Shown here: in pieces, positions 53,811 through 63,700 of the stretch
Layout of the letters: each line of letters begins with the position of its first letter
Numbering within the stretch: the stretch's first letter is position 1
Source: Eubacteriales bacterium
Lineage (GTDB): Bacteria; Bacillota; Clostridia; Oscillospirales; UBA644
Assembly (NCBI GenBank): GCA_045535665.1
Contig: JAZSMD010000012.1
Span: 4,451-68,450 of the forward strand
DNA: 64,000 nucleotides
Direction of reading: 5' to 3'
The notes under the pieces: model-generated
The model's database searches: none
The model's input: only the letters and a program-made list of their open reading frames with translations
Told to the model about the DNA's origin: nothing
Position numbers and translations under genes: made by a program

Positions 53811-55901
53811 ATGAAAAAATTTATTAGTTTAATGGTTGTTGTTTCTATGCTTGCAACAATTTTCGTTGGGTGCTCAAATGAGAATCAGCCGAATGTTTCT
53901 GAGGATGAGAATCCCGGTATTGTTGATTCGGTTGAAAACGAAGGTCGGAATGACGATACGATCATAGTGGATGAAACTCTTGATATTGTTGTTGACGGTT
54001 CTTCTGAATACGTTATTGTCAGAGGAGAAAATGCATCTCCTTCTGAAATAACAGCTTCTACGGAATTGCAAAAATATCTTAAGCAAATAAGCGGAGTTGA
54101 ACTTCCAATCGTTTCAGATAATGTTTCTGCTGTTGAAAAAGAAATTATTGTTGGAAAAACAAATAGAGAGTCTGAAGGCGAATTTAACAGGGATGAGTTG
54201 GGAACTGATGGGTTCGTGATAAAATCCAAAGGAGATAAAATTTATCTTGTGGGAGGAGAACTGAGAGGTACTCTTTATTCTGTATTCGAATTTTTAGAAT
54301 CATATCTTGGTTGCAGATTCTACACTTCCAAATTTGAAAAGATTCCCGAAACCAAAACGATTTCTCTTAATAAAATAGAAGAGGACAAACAGATTCCTGT
54401 TTTTGATACGAGAACCGTACATTGGGCGGATTATTCAAGCAATGATTATTTCAGCGCAAAACGTAAGACCATAATTTGTAAGTGGGGTATAGCCTCTGAA
54501 AGTTACGGGGGTAATCCTACCTGGATAAGAATAGGATCTGATGTTGTTCACAGCTTGGGTACCCTTGCCGAAACAGGCAGGGAAGGCCAGCCTTGCCTTA
54601 CAGATGAAAATACATACAACACTGTTTTGAAGAATGTGAGAACATTACTTGCGGAAAATCCGGATTATGATATCATATCTGTGTCTCAGAACGATAATGA
54701 TGATTATTGCAGTTGTGAGAACTGTAGCGCCAAAGTATCTGAATATGGCAATATGGGTGGAGTAAATCTTTGGTTTGTAAACAGAATTGCAGATGCAATA
54801 AAGGATGAATTTCCAAATGTAACAATTCATACTTTTGCTTACAGGTATACAAGACATGTTCCTACTGGTATCAAGCCGGCAGATAATGTTACTGTTGAGC
54901 TTTGTTCTATAGAAGCTTGTTTCAGACATCCTCTTGCGGAATGTACGGAGTATTCAGGTGAAAACTTTGTAGACCTTCTTAATGGCTGGGGGGAGCTTTG
55001 CGATAATCTTTATATTTGGGACTATACTACAAACTATCATAATTATGTAATGACATTCCCCAATTTTGAAGTTTTGCGTGATAATTTAAAGCTCTTTGCT
55101 GATTCAGGCGTTGCCCATGTGCTTGAACAGGGTAACTACTCAACTGTAGATAGCGGTGAATTCGGTGAACTCAGATGTTACTTGCTTTCTCATCTTTTGT
55201 GGGATCCTTATATGAGCGACGAAGATGTTAAGGCTCTTATGGTTGAATTCATGCAGGATTTTTACGGTCCGGGTTGGGAGTCTGTATATGAATATTTGAA
55301 TCTCGCACTTGAATTGACTAAGGATACCTGTTTTGATATTTATGAGGATCCAGACAAGGTGTATCCTTGGCCAAAAGCTGTTCAGCTCCATGAACAGAAA
55401 TCTTATCCTGACGATCTTACGGCTGATATGATAAGAAATTATGAAACTGTTGATTGGAGTAAGTATTGGAATTGGTTCAGAGGTTATGCGGAAGGGGATG
55501 TTCCTGCAATAATCACTGAAGGCTACAGATTATTCGCTGATGCCTTGTCTAAAGCAGAAACTGAAGAGCAAAAGAAAAACGTTGATAGGGCGTCTCTTCA
55601 GGTCGATTATATTAATTCCTGGTATATGGTAAAGAATCACGGTTTTGGCTCAAGTGCTATGGGAAAGATCATGATTAATTATTTCAATGCTAATCCGGAT
55701 GAGTTTACAGCTCAGGAAAAAGATGATTTCCGTATTGCAATCGTAAAATATTCAAGAGAGCTTGCAGGAGGTAAAATCGAAGCCTATAATAGAGCATTTG
55801 CTGAAAAGCTCCTTTCATATGGTATTACATGTGTGCGTGAAGGCCGATTCATCAATGATTTTTCAGTTTTGGATTTCATGGAGTACCCTCAAGACTGGTA
55901 A
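53811..55901 (+). CDS. DUF4838-family lipoprotein (paralog 3)
   Basis: Lipobox FVGC. Same conserved blocks, including VSQNDNDDYCSCENC. Starts 21 nt after the methyltransferase gene with an AAGGAG SD and no separate promoter seen. Confidence 0.8.
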   Translation: MKKFISLMVVVSMLATIFVGCSNENQPNVSEDENPGIVDSVENEGRNDDTIIVDETLDIVVDGSSEYVIVRGENASPSEITASTELQKYLKQISGVELPIVSDNVSAVEKEIIVGKTNRESEGEFNRDELGTDGFVIKSKGDKIYLVGGELRGTLYSVFEFLESYLGCRFYTSKFEKIPETKTISLNKIEEDKQIPVFDTRTVHWADYSSNDYFSAKRKTIICKWGIASESYGGNPTWIRIGSDVVHSLGTLAETGREGQPCLTDENTYNTVLKNVRTLLAENPDYDIISVSQNDNDDYCSCENCSAKVSEYGNMGGVNLWFVNRIADAIKDEFPNVTIHTFAYRYTRHVPTGIKPADNVTVELCSIEACFRHPLAECTEYSGENFVDLLNGWGELCDNLYIWDYTTNYHNYVMTFPNFEVLRDNLKLFADSGVAHVLEQGNYSTVDSGEFGELRCYLLSHLLWDPYMSDEDVKALMVEFMQDFYGPGWESVYEYLNLALELTKDTCFDIYEDPDKVYPWPKAVQLHEQKSYPDDLTADMIRNYETVDWSKYWNWFRGYAEGDVPAIITEGYRLFADALSKAETEEQKKNVDRASLQVDYINSWYMVKNHGFGSSAMGKIMINYFNANPDEFTAQEKDDFRIAIVKYSRELAGGKIEAYNRAFAEKLLSYGITCVREGRFINDFSVLDFMEYPQDW

Positions 55902-55988
55902 GAGCCTATACTTACATTCTTAGTCAGATCTTAGTGAATTTCCTGAGAATTTTTAAATATTTTATATCTTAAACTTAAAAACAGGATA

Positions 55989-56022
55989 CAGGGGAAACTT
56001 TTATGTGAAAAAGTTTCCCCTG
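55989..56022. terminator. GGGGAAACTTTT-family palindromic terminator (copy e)
   Basis: 14-bp perfect stem with loop ATGTGA, between convergent genes ending at 55901 (+) and 56038 (-). Confidence 0.65.
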
Positions 56023-56037
56023 TAATTTTAAATAATC

Positions 56038-56268
56038 TTAATCTCTTGTTCTGATAACTCGTTCATCTTCGGGAACAAAACTTCTGAAAAGTAAAGATGC
56101 AGTCCATATACCGGAAAGACCTACTAAAGTATAGATTATTCTGCTCATTACTGAAGTGTCTCCGCCGAAAAGCCAACCTACCAGATTGAAACCGAATATG
56201 CCCACGCAACCCCAAACAAGAGCTCCTATAACGGAAAGCGCAAGGGCAATTTTATCAATAGCGTTCAT
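56038..56268 (-). CDS. DUF378 small membrane protein
   Basis: 76 aa with two TM segments. Pattern KIALALSVIGALVWGCVGIFGFNLV is typical of DUF378/YuzA. Confidence 0.75.
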   Translation of the reverse strand: MNAIDKIALALSVIGALVWGCVGIFGFNLVGWLFGGDTSVMSRIIYTLVGLSGIWTASLLFRSFVPEDERVIRTRD

Positions 56269-56333
56269 TGTTAATGACCAAAGCCTTTCAATGTGTATTT
56301 CTTACAGGAATCTGACTCATTTAAGGTATCAAA

Positions 56334-56517
56334 TGGGTCAACCCCTTAGGGAGACAGAATCTATCCGAACCTGTGTAAAAGCGAATCTTTTTAAGTCTTT
56401 TTTGCGTTTCGTCCATGAAATGCACCAGGATTGGCGCGTATTTTAACGCAGCATGACTGAAAATTCGCCTATAGAAAACAGGCGTGGATAGCTCCTGTCA
56501 CCCTAATATCATACCCA
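56334..56517 (-). ncRNA. candidate structured small RNA, 6S-like rod architecture
   Basis: Nested long-range helices: 56334-38/56513-17, 56348-66/56486-504, 56370-74/56478-82, 56381-89/60-68. Three A-C mismatches on + become G-U on -. ORF-free gap. Promoter-like TTGACA-16-AATTAT directly upstream. Confidence 0.35.
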
Positions 56518-56524
56518 AATTGTG

Positions 56525-56552
56525 ATAATTTATTCGGTTTTGAAATTGTCAA
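56525..56552 (-). promoter_or_regulatory. promoter-like element for the ncRNA candidate (TTGACA-16-AATTAT on the minus strand)
   Basis: The -35 (56547..56552) overlaps the helicase stop codon. The -10 (56525..56530) lies 7 nt before the first paired base, 56517. Confidence 0.35.
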
Positions 56553-58915
56553 TGTTCGGAAAGTAAGTTTTTTAATTGAGAAATTGTTTTTGCTGTTTTG
56601 TAATTCCGCCATTCGGGTGGAAATAGGTTTCTGTATGAGTCCGTGGCATAGCGTGAGTCGGCAAGAATAACAAAGCCCTTGTCTGTTTCGCTTCTGATAA
56701 CTCTTCCCGCTGCTTGCATAACTCGATTGAATCCAGGGAATAGATATGCGTAGTCGTAACCGCTGTTGTCACGTTTGTCATAAAATTCCTTAATGACATT
56801 TCGTTCAAAGCATATCTGCGGTAGCCCTACACCGATGATTATTGCCCCCGAAAGCCGTGTTCCCACTAAGTCAACACCTTCGGAAAATATGCCACCGCTT
56901 ACTGCAAAGGCTACAAGGGTTTCAGTCGGATCCTCGTCAAATTCTTCAAGATAATCGTCCCTTTGTTCTTCCGTGAGGGAAGTTCTTTGTATTATCGTCT
57001 TAATTTCGGGATGTTTCTCGGTAAATTTTGCATAAACTTCGTTCATATAAGCAAAGGAAGGGAAAAACGCAAAATAATTTCCTGTTTTTTGCACCGCCGT
57101 AAATATAAGCTCCGATATGGGCTCATAACTTTCCTCTCTTCGGATATACTTCGTATTGATGAAAGGACAAGCTATCACTTTTAAATTGTCTTTGGGGAAT
57201 GGTGAGGTAAGTCTGATTATTGGAGCCTTTGAGTTTCCCTCCGAAACTCTGTTTTTCATTCCTATGGTATTTCTGAAGTAATCGGGAGGCAACAAGGTTG
57301 CAGAGAAAAATATACTTGCTCTGCACATATCAAGAGTTTCGGAAAGTCTGTCCGCAGGGTCTACACAGAAGAGCTTCACCGATGTGAATTTTCCTCTTTT
57401 TTCCGCACAGCAACGGTAATTGTCATTGAGATTTTCAAAAACCGAAACAAAATTCAACGCATCAAAATAGAAATCCGCCGTTTCATTTTTTAGGTTTTCA
57501 TTCCCGTCTTCCGAAAGGAAAGCTGAAAACATTCTGCAAAAATCAACCGTTGCATTATATATTTTTGTAGGTTCTTCTGTAATTATTCCCGAATCTTTTT
57601 CCATTTGCTTTGTAAAATTCAGTATTGCGTTATTTAATTTTTTTAGTGCCGTATAAATCTTTTTATTTTTTGTTTTAAAGGGTCGCATCGTTTCCAGGAC
57701 TTTTGTTTTTTCAAGTTCTGCCGAATACATTTCCCTTGCTCGTTGCGGTAAATTATGTGCTTCATCGCATAGGAGAATATAGTCTCCTCCATCTGTGAAG
57801 AATCTTTTCAGTGAAGCTGAGGGGTCAAATGCGTAATTGTAGTCCCCTATTATTCCGTCACACCACGTGGATGTGTCAAGAGCCAATTCAAAAGGGCAAA
57901 CTTTATGTTTTTCTGCATATTTGCTTAAAATTTCCGTAGTGATTATATATTCGTTGGTGAGAATATCGAAAACAGCTTCGTTTATTCTGTCAAAATGACC
58001 TTTTGCATAGGGGCAAGTTTCGGGTTTGCATTGCTTTTTATAGTTGCAGACTTTTTCTTTTGCGCAAAGAAAAATATTTCTCATTCTAAGCCCTTTTTTG
58101 TGCATGAGCTTAAAGGCTGAATCTGCGGCTCTGGAATTTACTGTTTTTGCCGTAAGATAGAAGATTTTTTCTCCCAAGCCTTCGCCTTTTGCTTTAATTG
58201 CGGAAAAAAGCATTGATACGGTTTTTCCGATTCCCGTGGGAGCTTGGGCATAAAGAGTCTCTCCGTTACGAATTGCTCTGTATACCGTTCCCGCCAATTC
58301 TCTTTGTCCTTGGCGATATTCATCAAATGGGAATTTAAGCTCTTTTGCTGATCTTGTAAATTCTTCGTCCGCATCAATTTGACGGTATATCCATTTTGAA
58401 TATTCATCACAAACTCGGTAAACAAAGTCTTCAAGCTCTGCAAAGGTGTGTTCTTTCGGAAAATATTTTATTTCTTCCGTATCCAAATTGAAATAGGTGA
58501 GTCGGGTGTTGATCTCTTTCAGTCCGCATTGTTTTGCATACATATATGCGTAAAACATTGCCTGGGCTCTGTGAAGTCTGCTGAAATCTTCGTTAATAAA
58601 TTCTATTGGCATGGATGTGGATTTGATTTCATCAACTGTTATTGGTTCGTCGAAAATAATGCCATCTGCGATTCCTTGAACCGTTAAACGAAAATTTGTG
58701 TAGGAAAAAGATTCTGAAAGTCGCACTTCTGAGCGGTAAATCCCGGTTTTTTCTTCTTTTTTCTGTATTTTTCTATGGATTCGAGTGCCTTCCAAAAGGT
58801 CAGGAGGGTTTTTCATTCCTTCGTTGTTTATATCTCCCCATCGAAGAATGAATTCTACGATATTTCGCACCGATATTTTGAATTCGGGAATATTCGCGAT
58901 GTCATCTAAACTCAT
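56549..58915 (-). CDS. XPD/DinG-family Fe-S DNA helicase fused to an N-terminal PD-(D/E)XK (RecB/Cas4-like) nuclease domain
   Basis: Nuclease motifs IADG...VDEIKS...QAMFYAY. Walker A APTGIGKT. Four-Cys cluster region (CNYKKQCKPETCPY...CPFE). DEAH box LCDEAHN. AGGAGG SD before ATG 58915. Confidence 0.8.
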   Translation of the reverse strand: MSLDDIANIPEFKISVRNIVEFILRWGDINNEGMKNPPDLLEGTRIHRKIQKKEEKTGIYRSEVRLSESFSYTNFRLTVQGIADGIIFDEPITVDEIKSTSMPIEFINEDFSRLHRAQAMFYAYMYAKQCGLKEINTRLTYFNLDTEEIKYFPKEHTFAELEDFVYRVCDEYSKWIYRQIDADEEFTRSAKELKFPFDEYRQGQRELAGTVYRAIRNGETLYAQAPTGIGKTVSMLFSAIKAKGEGLGEKIFYLTAKTVNSRAADSAFKLMHKKGLRMRNIFLCAKEKVCNYKKQCKPETCPYAKGHFDRINEAVFDILTNEYIITTEILSKYAEKHKVCPFELALDTSTWCDGIIGDYNYAFDPSASLKRFFTDGGDYILLCDEAHNLPQRAREMYSAELEKTKVLETMRPFKTKNKKIYTALKKLNNAILNFTKQMEKDSGIITEEPTKIYNATVDFCRMFSAFLSEDGNENLKNETADFYFDALNFVSVFENLNDNYRCCAEKRGKFTSVKLFCVDPADRLSETLDMCRASIFFSATLLPPDYFRNTIGMKNRVSEGNSKAPIIRLTSPFPKDNLKVIACPFINTKYIRREESYEPISELIFTAVQKTGNYFAFFPSFAYMNEVYAKFTEKHPEIKTIIQRTSLTEEQRDDYLEEFDEDPTETLVAFAVSGGIFSEGVDLVGTRLSGAIIIGVGLPQICFERNVIKEFYDKRDNSGYDYAYLFPGFNRVMQAAGRVIRSETDKGFVILADSRYATDSYRNLFPPEWRNYKTAKTISQLKNLLSEH

Positions 58916-59010
58916 TGTTTTGCCTCCTTTCTGTTTTTTAAATTTTAACACACAAGCTTTTTTTTGTCAAGTCTCTTTTGGGTATTTTTTGTATATATTT
59001 GAATTTGCTA

Positions 59011-59039
59011 TTGACAACAGGGGATTTTTATGATATACT
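59011..59039 (+). promoter_or_regulatory. promoter for the solute-binding lipoprotein gene (TTGACA-17-TGaTATACT)
   Basis: Hexamers at 59011..59016 and 59034..59039. Confidence 0.55.
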
Positions 59040-59121
59040 ATAAACAGTAAAAATGACATTTTGCAAGTGCATATGTTTAGATTTTTGCATGTTTGTAAAT
59101 CAAAAAACGGAGGCTATCGCT

Positions 59122-60537
59122 ATGAAAAAAATAATTACCGCTTTGATGTTGGCGGCAACAATTTTTATAACATCTTGTACGACAGCAACTGCACCTGAGT
59201 TGTTGGATTTTATTAAGAATATGGATGGCAGTATCAATTATGACGGAGCTAAAGTGATCATTCATTCCGAAAAAAATGAAATGAATGATGACGAGACTGC
59301 TTGGAAAAGAATTTTGAGCTATGATACCAATACTCAATATGGTGAGGCTGTCAATTCCCGTATTCAGAGTATTGAAGAAGGTCTCGGCGTTGATATCGTT
59401 ATTGATGTTGATCCTGAAGGCTCAGAGACAATGCGTTTGAAGCTTATGGCTGGAACATATATGGCTGACCTTGTAAACTATACAGACTTCGGCGGTATGC
59501 AGAACTTTGCTGCGGCAAATCTCCTTTATCCTATTACCGATTTCGGTGATTACATTGATCTCACAGAAACTTGGAAATACGGTGATGCCAATGTTCTTGA
59601 GGGCGGTATGATAAACTCTGTTCCTTATTCCGTTCAGCCCGTTTTATGGCCCGATTGGCAGGCAACAGGTATCTCCTCTATTATTTATAACCTTGATATT
59701 ATGAAGGAAAATTCCATTACTGACCCACACGAATTTTGGGAAAATCAGAATTGGACATGGGATAATTTTGAAGAAACTTACCTCAAGGGTGTAACTCTTT
59801 CCAAAGAAAATACATGGGTAATGTCTGCAAGTGAAAAGATTTATTACTATGGCTTGGCATATTCAAATAATGTTCAGTATGTAACCACAGCGTCTGACGG
59901 AAGTTATATCGTTAATCCCAGACCCCAGTCACTTGCTGAAGTTCTTCAGACAGGTGCTCGGTGGTACGCTGATTACAAAGATAAGATCGATCTCTTCTCC
60001 GCGTATTGGTCTCATGAAGAATTCGATGAGGGAAATGCATTTATGACTATTTCTTCTGCTACTCTTGCAGGTACTCATGAGGATGTTGCTTGCGGTCTTA
60101 TGCCCTTCCCCAGCGGACCTTCCAATACATACGGTACATGGGCTCAGGCGTTTGACAGAATTCAAGGCTTCGGTATTCCCAGAAGCAGTTTTAATCCTGA
60201 TATTGCAGCTCACGTTCTTTCTGAGCTCTTCGAACCCTTTGACGAATATCTCGGACCTATCGAAGATTACTACAGAGATATGATCTTCATGACAGACCTT
60301 GATGCTGAGATCTATATGGAACTTATTTCCGACGCAAGATATGACTATACCTTTGACGGAGGTTCTGACTTGATGAGAGGCGTAAACAACAACTTCTCTT
60401 CTGCTATGGTTGCAGGAAGATCTCCCGGTGAAACATTGGATCTTTACTCTAATGCAGTTCTTACTATAGTTGAAAAGCATGCACTTCCAAACTACGACTA
60501 TATGTATAAGAATTACTATTCAAAACTTGAAGAATAA
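59122..60537 (+). CDS. ABC-type extracellular solute-binding lipoprotein (orphan, sugar type)
   Basis: Lipobox ITSC. Family-1 SBP-like size and composition. GGAGG SD before ATG 59122. No permease or ATPase genes adjacent. Confidence 0.65.
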   Translation: MKKIITALMLAATIFITSCTTATAPELLDFIKNMDGSINYDGAKVIIHSEKNEMNDDETAWKRILSYDTNTQYGEAVNSRIQSIEEGLGVDIVIDVDPEGSETMRLKLMAGTYMADLVNYTDFGGMQNFAAANLLYPITDFGDYIDLTETWKYGDANVLEGGMINSVPYSVQPVLWPDWQATGISSIIYNLDIMKENSITDPHEFWENQNWTWDNFEETYLKGVTLSKENTWVMSASEKIYYYGLAYSNNVQYVTTASDGSYIVNPRPQSLAEVLQTGARWYADYKDKIDLFSAYWSHEEFDEGNAFMTISSATLAGTHEDVACGLMPFPSGPSNTYGTWAQAFDRIQGFGIPRSSFNPDIAAHVLSELFEPFDEYLGPIEDYYRDMIFMTDLDAEIYMELISDARYDYTFDGGSDLMRGVNNNFSSAMVAGRSPGETLDLYSNAVLTIVEKHALPNYDYMYKNYYSKLEE

Positions 60538-60560
60538 ATAGACAGATAAGAATGATTTAT

Positions 60561-60603
60561 AAACGGAGATAACTTTCGGGTTATTTCCGTTTGTTTTTTT
60601 TTG
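60561..60603 (+). terminator. terminator after the solute-binding lipoprotein gene
   Basis: AAACGGAGATAAC/GTTATTTCCGTTT stem followed by a T9 run. Confidence 0.75.
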
Positions 60604-60623
60604 TTATATTTTACATAAAAGGC

Positions 60624-60652
60624 TTGATTTTAAATAATGGTTATGATATAAT
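60624..60652 (+). promoter_or_regulatory. promoter for the GH38 gene (TTGATT-17-TGaTATAAT)
   Basis: Hexamers at 60624..60629 and 60647..60652. Confidence 0.55.
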
Positions 60653-60714
60653 AATTGTAGTTAAATATTATACTATTTTAAATTGAAAACTAAAGCAGAA
60701 AAGGGGATTTTACC

Positions 60715-63700
60715 ATGTTGTTTAAACAATATAATGATAGACTTCTTGCAAAGTTGGATAAGGCTTTTGATAGATATCATGAAAAAAGCTATATCAAACT
60801 TTATGAAGCTATTAATGTGAAAAAACATATAACCAAGGAACATTTGCGAACTGTTCCTACCAAGAATTGGTTTAAAATAACAAAAGGGGAATCATGGGGC
60901 GGTAGTTGGATGAATATGTGGGTACGTTTCAATGTGAAGGTTACATCTGAAACTGCTGGTATTCCGCTATATTTTGCGCCTGATATGACTTATAGAGAAG
61001 GTCTTGTTTTTGTAGACGGTAAACCCGTAGGTCTTTTGAACAACAGAGATCATTTTTATCATTTGATTACACCCGGAGCTCCTGAGGGTACAGAATATGA
61101 TATTGCTGTTGAATTCTACGCGGGTCATCCCTGTGCGGAAGCTGATCCTTACGGATTCTATGGTCTTGAGGGAGATCCCGGAGAATATACTCAGACTTAT
61201 AACAGTATGAATATCTATACTGTTAACAGTAAGCTTTGGAAGTTCAGTATTGACGGAAAATGTTTGCAGCAGATTGCATATTATTTTGATGATTCAAACG
61301 GTCTTAAACGTAGTGCAAGAGAAGCTCTTGAAGAGTTGTATGAAATCTTGCCGGTTCATCCCCAGTTTGTTACAAATGAAGAGATAGACGGTTTTATTGA
61401 TAAGGGGATTGAAATTATTGACAGATTCAAAACAGAAACAAAGGCTGTTGTTGAAGATAAGTCAAGGCCGACTTTCGGTTTGATCGGTCATTCTCACATG
61501 GATACCGCCTGGCTTTGGCCTGTGGATGAAACTATCCGTAAATGTGCCCGTACATATGCAAATGCGCTTCACATGATGGAGCTTTATCCTGAATATAAAT
61601 TCATTCAGTCATCCGCGCTTCACAGCGAATGGATGAAAGACCATTATCCTTCAATTTTTGAAGAAATGAAGCAACGTGTTGCTGAGGGTAGATATGAACC
61701 CAATGGCGGTGTTTACGTCGAATGTGACTGTAACATAACTTCAGGTGAATCTATGATTCGTCAATTCCTTAAAGGACAGATGTTTACTCGTGAAAATTTT
61801 GGTTATACTGCCGATTCTTTCTGGTTGCCTGATACTTTCGGTTACAGTGCCGCAATTCCTCAGATTATGAAGGGGTCAAATGTTAAATATTTCAATACGA
61901 CAAAAATCGGCTGGAATGACTTGAACGCTCCTTTTGTTGATACTTTTAAATGGCGCGGACTTGACGGAACAGAAGTTCTTACACATTATAATATTACTCA
62001 TAAACATCCCAATCCTCAGGATTTTAATACTTGTGAAAAGCTTGAAATAAGATGTCCTCAAACAGGAAATAAAAAGTTTTATGCATACGGATTCGGTGAC
62101 GGTGGCGGCGGTCCTTATGCGGAAATGATTGAAGAAGCCAGATTCTCTTCCGAAATTGAAGGTATGCCGAATCTTTATTATTCAACAGTAAGTGATTTTA
62201 TGAAGGATCTTGAAAAGGATATAGATAAATATCCCACTCATACGGGAGAACTTTATCTTGAGCTCCATAGAGGTACACTTACTCAGATGCACGATATTAA
62301 ACGCGGTAACCGTAAGGCAGAGTATGCATTGCGTGATGCGGAATATTTTAATGTGCTTTCAGGTGTGAAAAAAGATCCTGATGCAGATAAAAAGTTGAAA
62401 AAACTTCTTAAAAATCAGTTCCATGATATTCTTCCCGGTTCAAGTATAAATGAAGTTAATGTTCAGGCTATAAAAGAGTTTAACGAATTGATTTCTGATT
62501 ATCAGGCACTTACCGCTAAATATTCTGAAAAACTTGTTAATAACAATGAAAAATCCGTTACTGTGTTTAATACTCTTTCCTTTGACCGTAATGATGATAT
62601 TTATCTTGAAAATGTTCGCGGCGGTGTCAGGGGCGCGAAAAATCAGAAGTTTACGGATCTTAAAGGCAAAAAGATTACTGCTGTCGGCGGTGTAAAAGTT
62701 CCTGCATTTGCTGCAAAAACTCTTGAGCTTACAGATGGCTACAGTAAGGGCAAATCTGCCTTTGTTTACGATGGCACAAACCTTGAAACTCCTTATGCTT
62801 ATGTTGTATTTGATGAGAATGGTGCGATTTCTTCTTATATCAATAAGAAAACAGGCAGACAGTTGAAGAAAGCGGACGGAGAATCTCTCAATACATTCTG
62901 GCTTGCAGAAGATGTGCCGAATTACTGGGATAACTGGGATATTGACTCTGATACATTTATTAAGTTTAAACCTGAAATGAGACTTGTTTCCCGTGAATTG
63001 GTTTCTGAAGGTTCTGTCCAGCTCAGAATTCGTTCCGTATACAAAATCGGAAAGAAATCCACAATTAAACAGGATATGATTTTCCATGCAAATTCTGAAC
63101 AAATAGATTTCCATACAATTATCGATTGGGATGAACCTCATACTCTTCTCAAAGTAGGTTTTGATGTTGATATTTGGTCTCAATCTGTTAAAAATGAAAT
63201 TCAGTACGGTCATGTTGAAAGACCTACAACCCAAAATAACAGTATTGAGGCGGCAAAATTTGAAGTTTGTAACCATAAATGGACTGATATTTCAGAATCA
63301 CGTTTTGGTGTTGCGATTCTTAATGACTGTAAATACGGTATTTCCGTTGAAAATGGCAATTTGAGACTTACGCTCCATAGAGGCGGAAGACATCCTGATA
63401 CTACAAATGACAGAGGTGTTCATGAGGTTACATATTCATTCTTGCCCCACGACGGTGACCTTGCAGCAGAAAACGTAGTTCAGCCTTCTTATATGCTTAA
63501 TGTTCCTGTTGTTGTTGCAGAAGGTGCTGCAAAGAACGAAAAGAGCTTTATGGAAATTTCAGCTCCTAACGTAATTTGCGAAGCAGTTAAGTATGCGGAA
63601 TATGCAGAAAAGACTTTTGTAGCCCGTTTGTATGAATGTGAACGCAACAGAACCAATACAAAAGTTAAATTCGCAAAGAAGGTAAAGAAAGTTTATGTTT

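Noticed and set aside
56156-56446. 96-aa plus-strand ORF spanning the DUF378 gene and the intergenic region.
   Set aside because: It overlaps the DUF378 CDS antisense, has no SD and has a Pro/Thr/Arg-rich nonsense-like composition. The region is better explained by the structured RNA candidate.
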